NCBI GenBank assembly: GCA_010202845.1 | Contig: CP047921.1 | Span: 420,001-452,000 of the forward strand | Source of the DNA: Candidatus Saccharibacteria bacterium oral taxon 488 | GTDB taxonomy: Bacteria > Patescibacteriota > Saccharimonadia > Saccharimonadales > Saccharimonadaceae | DNA: 32,000 nucleotides | Reading direction: 5' to 3' | Shown here: positions 1-6,923 of the stretch, one piece after another | Layout of the letters: each line of letters opens with the position of its first letter | Numbering within the stretch: the first letter of the stretch is position 1 | Made by a program: the position numbers and the translations under genes | Notes under the pieces: model-generated | Told to the model about the DNA's origin: nothing | The model's input: only the letters and a program-made list of their open reading frames with translations | Databases searched by the model: none

Positions 1-40
1 TGCACCGCAGAAATGTAGCGAAAAGTAATCCGACTCACCA

Positions 41-80
41 AGATAAAAGAAAATCCCCTTCTCTAACAAAGGGGATTTTA
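41..80 (-). terminator. Rho-independent terminator after rplO
   Basis: Minus strand reads AAAATCCCCTT-TGTTAGAG-AAGGGGATTTT (hairpin 50-79) followed by CTTTTATCT. Confidence 0.7.
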
Positions 81-97
81 TAGTCACCAAAGGAAGA

Positions 98-571
98 TTA
101 TTTTTCTTCGGCTTCTTTCATGCTTCGACGCAGTGGCGTTGCGACTTTCTCAAATGAGCCACCAGCTTTTTCAATCGCTTTGACAACTGAAGCGGAAGCA
201 GCTTGTACTTTCAAGTCAACCTTAGCTTTCAATTCGCCGCGGGCGATCACCTTGACCGTGTGGAACGGCGTGGCGATGTAGCCTTCGGTAAACAGCAATG
301 CGTTGTCGACGGTTTTTCCGTCAAAGGCATTCAAGTGGTCGAGGTAAACTACCTGAGCTGGTGTGCGCAGACTCTTGAAACCGCGAGCTTTTGGTACAGC
401 CTGAGCCAGTGGACGCTGACCGCCCTGGAACATAGCGCGAAGCTTTTTACCAGTGCGGGCGTTCTGACCCTTGGTACCGCGACCAGCAGTTTTACCCTGG
501 CCAGCAGCGATACCGCGGCCAACACGCTTTTTATTCTTGTTTGCTGAAACTTGGAGATCGTTGTATTTCAT
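98..571 (-). CDS. rplO: 50S ribosomal protein L15
   Basis: VGRGIAAGQGKTAGRGTKGQNAR Gly-rich L15 motif. ATG overlaps the rpsE TAA (TAATG). Confidence 0.96.
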   Translation of the reverse strand: MKYNDLQVSANKNKKRVGRGIAAGQGKTAGRGTKGQNARTGKKLRAMFQGGQRPLAQAVPKARGFKSLRTPAQVVYLDHLNAFDGKTVDNALLFTEGYIATPFHTVKVIARGELKAKVDLKVQAASASVVKAIEKAGGSFEKVATPLRRSMKEAEEK

Positions 572-1161
572 TACTTAGCCTCCTTCTTAGCAGCTTTTTT
601 GACTGGCTGAGCGTTGAGCCACTGTTCTCGTGGAACCAATGATTTCAATGCTTCAATGGTTGCGTAGGCGATGTTCACCTTGTTGGTTGAACCAAGCGAC
701 TTGGTGAGCAGATTACGAACACCGGTCACACCGATGATTTGTCGGACAACACCACCAGCGATGATACCAGTACCAGGAGCAGCCGGCTTGATCAGCACGC
801 GAGCGCCTGAGAACTTGACTTCGCTGTCGTGTGGAATGGTCTCGCCGTTGAGCGGCAAAGTGATCAAGTGCTTCTTGGCAACTGAGGTTGCTTTGGCGAC
901 CGCAGCTTGCACGTCGGCGCCTTTGGCTACACCGACACCAACCTTGTCCTTGCGGTTACCGACAACCACCAACGCCTTAAAGCGGAAGCGGCGGCCACCC
1001 TTCACCACGCGGCTCACGCGGTCAATGTTGATTACCAATTCTTCAAACTCTTTTGGTGCGTCATCACGCACATTTCGCCGGTCATCGCGGCGACCACCAC
1101 GCGGACTGCGAGGCCGGCGGCCTTCTGCGCGTGGGGTAGTATTTGCAGCTTGTTCTGCCAT
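571..1161 (-). CDS. rpsE: 30S ribosomal protein S5, with an Arg-rich N-terminal extension
   Basis: DRVSRVVKGGRRFRFKALVVVGN S5 core. I place the start at ATG 1161 (MAEQAANT), 1 nt after the upstream micro-ORF stop (TAGTATG) and preceded by GGAGAG. The ORF track extends to 1188. Confidence 0.95.
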   Translation of the reverse strand: MAEQAANTTPRAEGRRPRSPRGGRRDDRRNVRDDAPKEFEELVINIDRVSRVVKGGRRFRFKALVVVGNRKDKVGVGVAKGADVQAAVAKATSVAKKHLITLPLNGETIPHDSEVKFSGARVLIKPAAPGTGIIAGGVVRQIIGVTGVRNLLTKSLGSTNKVNIAYATIEALKSLVPREQWLNAQPVKKAAKKEAK

Positions 1162-1162
1162 A

Positions 1163-1381
1163 CTAATCCTCTTTCTCTCCTTCTTCAATTCTAACCTTCA
1201 ACTCATGCAAAGCACTTCTAGGATCAATCGCCGCTGCAGCCATGGTGTGCAAGAGACCATCAATCTCACGTTCGACGACCTCACTTGGAGATATGCAGAG
1301 GCCTTTAAAGTTCTCTGGGTCCCACTTGCGCGGGCCAGTGTAATAACGACGCTCAGTTTCTTTTGGTACATCCTTTACCAT
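1163..1381 (-). CDS. 72-aa hypothetical protein embedded between rplR and rpsE
   Basis: MVKDVPKETERRYYTGPRKWDPENFKGLCISPSEVVEREIDGLLHTMAAAAIDPRSALHELKVRIEEGEKED. The heptamer TAGTATG forms both junctions (rplR stop/ORF start and ORF stop/rpsE start). GGAG lies 7 nt upstream. The ORF fills the gap exactly. Confidence 0.7.
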   Translation of the reverse strand: MVKDVPKETERRYYTGPRKWDPENFKGLCISPSEVVEREIDGLLHTMAAAAIDPRSALHELKVRIEEGEKED

Positions 1382-1382
1382 A

Positions 1383-1733
1383 CTAGAACTCCAATCCTTC
1401 TTGGCGCGCAGCATCAGCCAATGCTTTCAAGCGACCAGCGTACTGGCGGCCATTGCGGTCAAAGACTACTGCGCTAATTTTACTCTTCTTTGCTTTCTTG
1501 GCAATTTCCGTACCGATGGCAGCACATTTTTCGCTCATCGTACCTTTTGCTTTGGTGCCAACGGTGGTTGCGGCAGCCAATGTCTTGCCCGCAGTGTCGT
1601 CGATCAGCTGAACACTAACGTGCATATTGCTGATGGTGACTGTCAGGCGTGGGCGCTCCGCAGTACCTGAAACCTTGGCACGAACGCGGTTTTTGCGGAG
1701 AGCGCGGTTGAGTAATTTCTTATTTTCTGCCAT
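1383..1733 (-). CDS. rplR: 50S ribosomal protein L18
   Basis: RLTVTISNMHVSVQLIDD and FDRNGRQYAGRLKALADAAR motifs. Confidence 0.96.
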   Translation of the reverse strand: MAENKKLLNRALRKNRVRAKVSGTAERPRLTVTISNMHVSVQLIDDTAGKTLAAATTVGTKAKGTMSEKCAAIGTEIAKKAKKSKISAVVFDRNGRQYAGRLKALADAARQEGLEF

Positions 1734-1735
1734 GA

Positions 1736-2275
1736 TTACTTACCTGTCTTTCCTGCTTTGCGCAAAATTTGCTCGTCAGCGTACTTGATACCCTTGCCCT
1801 TGTATGGCTCAGGCTTCTTCAGTGCGCGGATTTCCGCAGCAACTTGGCCAACTTGCTGTTTATTGATACCGCTAACGATGATGGTCATCTTTTCGTTGGT
1901 AACGGTGATGCCCTCTGGGGCTTTGTATTTGACTGGGTGTGAAAACCCGAGCGCCATTTCCAGCTCATTGTTACTGGAGCTCACGCGGAAACCGACACCA
2001 TTGACCTCGAGACGTTTCTCGTAGCCTTTGGTAACGCCGATTACCATGTTGTTGATCAGCGCGCGCATCAGACCGTGCTGGGCGCGAGCAGTTTTGGACT
2101 CATCCTTCGGATGAACCGTGACTTGTCCGTCTTCGACTTTCACCTCAACTGCTGGCGTGATGAATTGTGTCAATTCACCTTTCGGGCCCTTTACGACCAC
2201 ATCGCCAGAGTCAACCGTGATTGTCACACCGGCCGGAATAACCACCGGCAGTTTTCCGATTCGACTCAGACTCAT
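1736..2275 (-). CDS. rplF: 50S ribosomal protein L6
   Basis: MSLSRIGKLPVVIPAGV N-terminus and KGKGIKY C-terminal motif. SD AAGGTGA upstream. Confidence 0.96.
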   Translation of the reverse strand: MSLSRIGKLPVVIPAGVTITVDSGDVVVKGPKGELTQFITPAVEVKVEDGQVTVHPKDESKTARAQHGLMRALINNMVIGVTKGYEKRLEVNGVGFRVSSSNNELEMALGFSHPVKYKAPEGITVTNEKMTIIVSGINKQQVGQVAAEIRALKKPEPYKGKGIKYADEQILRKAGKTGK

Positions 2276-2311
2276 TACTCACCTTTCGTGTGATTTGATA
2301 TTAACCCTGGT

Positions 2312-2341
2312 ATTTTAGCATGGATTAGGGGTGAAATGCAA
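2312..2341 (-). promoter_or_regulatory. Candidate sigma70-type promoter for rplF-rplR-orf72-rpsE-rplO
   Basis: Minus strand TTGCAT, 18-nt spacer, TGCTAAAAT (extended -10). It lies about 35 nt upstream of the rplF SD. Confidence 0.5.
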
Positions 2342-2386
2342 GGTATAAGCTCAGTGATATAACGATTCAACTCTCGGGGACTTTGC

Positions 2387-3352
2387 CTACTTTTGAGGAT
2401 CAGTCCCAGCGGCGTTTTTCAAGAAGTCGAACATACGGATGGCCTTAGTGCTGAGTCTCGAGACGGTTTCAATTTTTCCTCCGGCACCCATCAGTTCATC
2501 GCGCCATATCTGCTGACGCTCTTTCATATCTGCCTCTAGCCCGTAAAAGCTTTCCAATACCTTTTCTTCCAAACCGCCAATTTCCTGGATAGATATTGTA
2601 TCAGTTGTAATCTGGATACCCGCTTCATTCAGCTGATCGGAGAGTTCCTCGTTCACAGATTCTGTTAGACCCGATAATACACGTGCAGCCCTCCTAAGTC
2701 CGTCAATTGTTTTGGCGGTAGCGGGCTGTGCGTCATTGTAGCCGACAATTCCATGCTCGTAGCTGCGCCCCATTCCCTTACATTTGAACTGACTGAGAGG
2801 CATTCCCTCCAGATAGGTGCCGAAGGTTAAGTCATATGTAGCGCCATCTCTATCGTGACTCACATCTACTGACGAACCTGCTACTAGATTAAATTCGCGC
2901 ACCTCCTTGAGTTCTTCTTTGAGAAGCCTGTATAGGTCATATTGCTTAGCATCTAAGCCTTTGAATACAAGATCATGCTGACCATCTGCACAATAATGGG
3001 CGAAGGTATTCTGAAGTGATAGCATATGCTCCGTCGGATCACCATTGATCACATCCAGCTCACGATAAGCTTCGCCTATGGTTGAAAAATCCTCCGAAAG
3101 GCCGTATGGTCGAATTTTCTTGGAGTCAAATACCGTTTGCCATAATTCAGTCCGTTTCTGGAAAAGATCATCATAATAGCCATGAATGGCGTTCATTTGA
3201 TCTGGCGTCAGCATCTTGATGTTTAATCCTGGACCCAATGTATTCACGATAGCAGCGGCACTGAGACGATTTGTCGTATCAGTATGATCAATTGGTCTTT
3301 CATGTATCTCAAGACGGCTGTCTTTGTCGTTTGGTTGTGCTAACTCGTGCAT
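2387..3352 (-). CDS. Hypothetical protein, 321 aa, predicted soluble, His/Asp-rich
   Basis: Long ORF with GGGAGA SD and a consensus promoter upstream. I recognise no family motif. Confidence 0.75.
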   Translation of the reverse strand: MHELAQPNDKDSRLEIHERPIDHTDTTNRLSAAAIVNTLGPGLNIKMLTPDQMNAIHGYYDDLFQKRTELWQTVFDSKKIRPYGLSEDFSTIGEAYRELDVINGDPTEHMLSLQNTFAHYCADGQHDLVFKGLDAKQYDLYRLLKEELKEVREFNLVAGSSVDVSHDRDGATYDLTFGTYLEGMPLSQFKCKGMGRSYEHGIVGYNDAQPATAKTIDGLRRAARVLSGLTESVNEELSDQLNEAGIQITTDTISIQEIGGLEEKVLESFYGLEADMKERQQIWRDELMGAGGKIETVSRLSTKAIRMFDFLKNAAGTDPQK

Positions 3353-3409
3353 GTGCTATTCTCCCAAAGAGTGAAAACTCCACTTTAATACAAATTATCT
3401 AGCCTCTCA

Positions 3410-3437
3410 ATTATACTATATGTGTGCCGTATGTCAA
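3410..3437 (-). promoter_or_regulatory. Near-consensus promoter for the 321-aa ORF
   Basis: Minus strand TTGACA, 16-nt spacer, TATAAT. Confidence 0.6.
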
Positions 3438-3549
3438 TATATACACAGTGCCGGTTTATGCTGAAGCTTTACTGACTAACCGCAAATTATTTTGGCAGTT
3501 TACTTACCCATAGGCGCGTATCATGAGGCCATCGGAAGTGTGCTAATAT

Positions 3550-4095
3550 ATGCTTGTGATCTCAAAATACCTCATCGTAAAAATAAGCTTCGTCGTCTTT
3601 TCTGTATCCACGGTGCTACTGTATATTTTGGCGCGCAATGGAACGATGACTGCGGTTTTTGGGCCGATACTAGCTTATGTTGTATACCTGCTCAATTTTG
3701 CGCTGCTTATCGCGTCCACACTTTTCTACATCTGGCAGTGCGCTCACAAAGACACGCCGCAGAGGGATCGCTTGGAGGCACTCGAGACATATGCGCGACT
3801 AGATAATGATGGCCTGTTGATTAGTGGCGCGGTAACTATTATCGAGATTGAGGCGGACAGCTTTTGGCGGCTCAAGGAATATGGCAAGACGATCACTATA
3901 CCTATCAACACCATGAATCCGCTGCGCCTGCCACCGGTGGGCACGCGGGCAACATTCGCGCCGATTGGCAATAAAGACAATCGAGTCATCGGCGTGATTA
4001 CCGAGATAACGAACGGGAGGATAACGGTCACGCCGGCACCGACAACCAAGCCTAGTAGACCGCAACTCACCGCCAAAACCACGACGTCCAACTGA
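3550..4095 (+). CDS. Hypothetical membrane protein, 181 aa: N-terminal TM helices plus a C-terminal beta-rich soluble domain
   Basis: Hydrophobic N-terminal half (FVVFSVSTVLLYIL, VFGPILAYVVYLLNFALLIASTLFYIW). TGCTAATAT (3541-3549) abuts ATG 3550, so GTG 3556 may be a leaderless start. The stop is TGA. Confidence 0.55.
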   Translation: MLVISKYLIVKISFVVFSVSTVLLYILARNGTMTAVFGPILAYVVYLLNFALLIASTLFYIWQCAHKDTPQRDRLEALETYARLDNDGLLISGAVTIIEIEADSFWRLKEYGKTITIPINTMNPLRLPPVGTRATFAPIGNKDNRVIGVITEITNGRITVTPAPTTKPSRPQLTAKTTTSN

Positions 4096-4615
4096 GCGGT
4101 ATCAGCATGAGCAAGGACGCTATCGCTAGCGTGATGTACGCCCCCAGTGCCGGCCGCGTCAACTGTGGCGTGTCATAATGATACACCCGCCGCAGCTCAT
4201 AATAATCCCACAAACGCCATGCACAAATCATTAATAAAACGGCAGAAATGAGCGACAGCATCCCACTAAGCTCAAAATGATACGTTTGATTACTAAAGTT
4301 AACAACAAACATGAACTCCGCCACCGCCAAACACGACCACCATCGCTTATCTCGTTTTAATCCCATTACCGCTACACAAAATCCCAACGGAATGATCAAT
4401 CGCACCACCGGCGTGTAGTCAAAAAATAGCTGCGTGTAATATTCAATCGGATATTTATTATTGCCTGCAGCCGCCACCAACGCACCTACGCCATAAAACA
4501 ATGTTAATAACACGATGGCAAACACAAACAGCCGCAACATATCATTATACAACACATCTCGCAGTGTGATGACGTCAGTTTTAGAAGTAGCGGGAAGCTT
4601 CAGAAACGGGATCAT
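4067..4615 (-). CDS. Hypothetical polytopic membrane protein, 182 aa, about 5 TM segments
   Basis: Repeated 20-aa hydrophobic stretches. Its 3' end overlaps the convergent plus-strand ORF by 29 nt. The stop is TGA. Confidence 0.7.
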   Translation of the reverse strand: MIPFLKLPATSKTDVITLRDVLYNDMLRLFVFAIVLLTLFYGVGALVAAAGNNKYPIEYYTQLFFDYTPVVRLIIPLGFCVAVMGLKRDKRWWSCLAVAEFMFVVNFSNQTYHFELSGMLSLISAVLLMICAWRLWDYYELRRVYHYDTPQLTRPALGAYITLAIASLLMLIPLSWTSWFWR

Positions 4616-4645
4616 TTTTAGCTACCGTTAGTCCGTGGACAGGTC

Positions 4646-4696
4646 CTTATGATTTTTCATAAGAATATCGTAGTTTGTGAGGTCGGTACGTGTCAA
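4646..4696 (-). promoter_or_regulatory. Candidate promoter plus an 18-bp palindrome upstream of the 182-aa membrane gene
   Basis: Minus strand TTGACA (4691-4696), 18-nt spacer, TACGAT (4667-4672), then CTTATGA-AAAA-TCATAAG (4646-4663). Confidence 0.45.
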
Positions 4697-4721
4697 GGCA
4701 ACGGGGCGTTTAGCCGAGAGA

Positions 4722-5327
4722 CTACTTCTCTTTTACCTCGCACCAGCCGTTGTTACCGTTAGGATAGCAGGTGATATCAAGATCCTTGCCGGTAAATTTT
4801 GTAAAGCCAGAATAGCTTACTGTACCCCAATCCTTCTTCGTTCCACCACAACCAACGGAAACTTTTATTTTTTCGCCGATCACGCCCACCATGTCTTTAG
4901 CATCAACGACTGACCGGTCGCTAGTCGGGGTAGTTTTCACCCAACCAGATTCTAGTGTTTCCTCATTCGCTCGTTCCACCCAAGCACCGACGAACTCATT
5001 ACCGTTGGCACAGGTGATTTTCCCGCCGATAGTGACGATGTCTCCTTCTTTCGGCGTAGTCTTTGTCGGACGCGAGGTTGGTTCTGACGGGGACGGCGTC
5101 ACGGTTTCAGTGACGCGTACGGTTTGCGTCGCCCGTGGCGTCTCGGTCGTTTGCGGATGCCTGTTCGTCGTGGTCACGGTAACAGTCGCTGGGGCTGGCT
5201 TGGCGTCCAATCCCGACAGGCCGCAGCCAGAGGCAAACAATGCCACTACGCCCATAAGGCTAGCTAGCGGCCGGTGTAAAACGTTACCAATTTTTTCGCT
5301 GATGGTGTCTGGGGATTTACGAGTCAT
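4722..5327 (-). CDS. Putative lipoprotein with a Thr/Pro-rich linker and a 4-Cys C-terminal domain
   Basis: Signal-like LASLMGVVALFASGC with a lipobox-like ASGC. Linker PATVTVTTTNRHPQTTETPRATQTVRVTETVTPSPSEPTSRPTKTTP. C-terminal domain carries Cys in ITCANG, VGCGG, ITCYP and GWCEV. Confidence 0.7.
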   Translation of the reverse strand: MTRKSPDTISEKIGNVLHRPLASLMGVVALFASGCGLSGLDAKPAPATVTVTTTNRHPQTTETPRATQTVRVTETVTPSPSEPTSRPTKTTPKEGDIVTIGGKITCANGNEFVGAWVERANEETLESGWVKTTPTSDRSVVDAKDMVGVIGEKIKVSVGCGGTKKDWGTVSYSGFTKFTGKDLDITCYPNGNNGWCEVKEK

Positions 5328-5571
5328 GATTATTCCTTTCTTGTGGTTGATTATCTAATAAGTCGCCGGATATTATAGCCTCGTAAATATGCGCTGCGAG
5401 ACCGGCTGCAGCAATTTTATCAACCGTGTCTCCCCTATATTTGCTGCCCTGTTTATTAATCTTGTTAACTTCATTACTTATCATGCAACTGACTCTGTGA
5501 TCTAGCTTCTTTTGAGTAGCGCGTCTCTCTTTTTGGATGTTAGACCACTTAATTTCTCGAGCTGTTTTGAG

Positions 5572-5895
5572 TCAATCACGCACAGCGCTTAGTCTGGCTA
5601 TAGTAGGCCTAATTTTAGCTATTTCACAAGGAGACTTGGGATTTTCAAGTATTTTCTCTAGTTTTACTATACTATCATCAATCTCTGCTATCTTGGTATC
5701 AATGCGATGTACCTCTTCTAGCTTATTTTTATCGTCGATAATCTCGCCAAGCAGAGCCTCAATTGAAGACTGGGCCTCAGGGTCACGATTCTTTGTACTG
5801 CACATATCTTTTATCACTGCTATAGGATGATGCCATAAAATAACCTTACTGGCAAGTAAAACGCTCTTGTGAAATGGCACGTTACCACGAGACAA
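5572..5895 (-). CDS. Hypothetical coiled-coil-like protein, 107 aa from a TTG start; possibly the 5' part of a disrupted 5317-5895 gene
   Basis: The ORF ends at TGA 5572-5574, but the same frame stays open for 84 more codons down to TAA 5317-5319. The start is uncertain: no SD at TTG 5895, and ATG 5805 (MCSTKNRD) is an alternative. Confidence 0.45.
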   Translation of the reverse strand: MSRGNVPFHKSVLLASKVILWHHPIAVIKDMCSTKNRDPEAQSSIEALLGEIIDDKNKLEEVHRIDTKIAEIDDSIVKLEKILENPKSPCEIAKIRPTIARLSAVRD

Positions 5896-5955
5896 TGATT
5901 AGATTTCACATCAGAGGCACAAGAATCCTCCGCCGTGTGCTATAGTAATATCATC

Positions 5956-6414
5956 ATGGATAAGGATTCTATTGAAACGCCGCCAACACCTCAGGGTGCT
6001 ACACCACCACAGAGTGAAGTGCCGCAATCTCAAGACGAAGCAACGAAACCACAAGACAGCACCACAAAGCGACGATGGCTGGCTCGGTTTGTCGATCGTT
6101 TGACGTGGTGGCAGGCGACAGCAATTATCGCCAGTATCTTCGCATTACCACCAGTGGCTGTTGCTGGTGTGATTGATAAGGGAGTGCCGCTTAATGGTTT
6201 TTTCGGTATTTATAATGGTTCATCATTTGATACTATTATTTTCATTCTGTGTTTGCTCGTCACACCACCGTTAAGCCCTCTGTGTGCACTGATGTTTGCT
6301 ACATACTTTGCCACGAGGCGAAAAGACTTAGCCACCCTGAAGCGCATGATGCCAGTCGCGCTAATCGCCTGTATATTTTTAGTTGCCCTGCTGTCTACAC
6401 TGCTGGGGTCTTAG
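5956..6414 (+). CDS. Hypothetical membrane protein with a Pro/Gln/Thr-rich N-terminus and 3-4 TM segments
   Basis: MDKDSIETPPTPQGATPPQSEVPQSQDEATKPQD followed by hydrophobic segments. TGCTATAGT (5938-5946) lies 9 nt before ATG 5956 with no SD. The ORF track starts at GTG 5935. Confidence 0.65.
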   Translation: MDKDSIETPPTPQGATPPQSEVPQSQDEATKPQDSTTKRRWLARFVDRLTWWQATAIIASIFALPPVAVAGVIDKGVPLNGFFGIYNGSSFDTIIFILCLLVTPPLSPLCALMFATYFATRRKDLATLKRMMPVALIACIFLVALLSTLLGS

Positions 6415-6444
6415 CTTGTTGTGCCGATGTATTTGATAGACAAC

Positions 6445-6485
6445 TAAAAGCGCCCGGAGATTATTTTCCCCGAGCGCTTTTTATT
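6445..6485. terminator. Bidirectional hairpin terminator between convergent orf159 and rpsH
   Basis: AAAAGCGCCCGG...CCGAGCGCTTTTTATT. A T-run follows on the plus strand and CTTTTAG on the minus strand. Confidence 0.65.
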
Positions 6486-6501
6486 GCTGACAAAGCGTAA
6501 T

Positions 6502-6903
6502 TTAATACACCTTCAGTAGCAATTCACCGCCAAGTTTCGCCTTGGCTGCTTCGGCACCAGTCATGACACCTTTTGAGGTTGAGATGAGTACTAGACCGCG
6601 GCCGCTTTTCACCTTTGGAATCTCGCTAGCGCCGACGTAAACACGACGACCTGGCTTTGAGACGCGGGTGATCTCGTTGATGGTGCTGTTGGTACCCTCT
6701 TCGTTGATAGTAACAACCAGCACGCCACGAGGCTTGGCGTCCTCTAGCTTAACATCTGCGAGGTAGCCGTTTTTGACTAATTGTTCAGCGATGACTTTTT
6801 TCATTTTGCTGGACGGAACACGAACTTCCGTCTTGCCAACCAGTTTCGCATTGCGAATGCGCGTCAGAAGGTCGGCGATTGGGTCTGTAGTTTGCATAGA
6901 CAT
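6502..6903 (-). CDS. rpsH: 30S ribosomal protein S8
   Basis: TDPIADLLTRIRNA motif. I place the start at ATG 6903 (MSMQTTDP), 8 nt after AAAGGAGA. The ORF track extends to 6930. Confidence 0.95.
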   Translation of the reverse strand: MSMQTTDPIADLLTRIRNAKLVGKTEVRVPSSKMKKVIAEQLVKNGYLADVKLEDAKPRGVLVVTINEEGTNSTINEITRVSKPGRRVYVGASEIPKVKSGRGLVLISTSKGVMTGAEAAKAKLGGELLLKVY

Positions 6904-6923
6904 TGTCGAATCTCCTTTCCTTC

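Noticed and set aside
671-1477. 268-aa plus-strand ORF, with several other plus-strand ORFs, across rpsE, orf72 and rplR.
   Set aside because: It is antisense to unmistakable ribosomal-protein genes. Its low-complexity Ser/Arg/Thr/Pro composition marks it as a shadow ORF.
3744-4091. 115-aa minus-strand ORF (TTG start) that could continue the minus-strand operon after the 182-aa membrane gene, in place of the plus-strand 181-aa ORF.
   Set aside because: It is shorter, starts at TTG with no SD, and has a Val/Leu/Ser/Gly/Arg-rich shadow-frame composition. The plus-strand ORF has plausible TM helices and a well-mixed soluble domain. This is not fully excluded, and comparative data would settle it.
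5572-5574. Possibility that TGA is recoded genome-wide (code 4 or 25, as in some CPR lineages).
   Set aside because: rpsQ (8626) and dcd (29717) end at TGA in ATGA overlaps at their expected protein lengths. The frames after the TGA stops at 4095, 4067 and 19368 hit further stops within 4-13 codons. By my count of 41 CDS, stops are 27 TAA, 8 TAG and 6 TGA, which fits the standard code with TGA simply rare.
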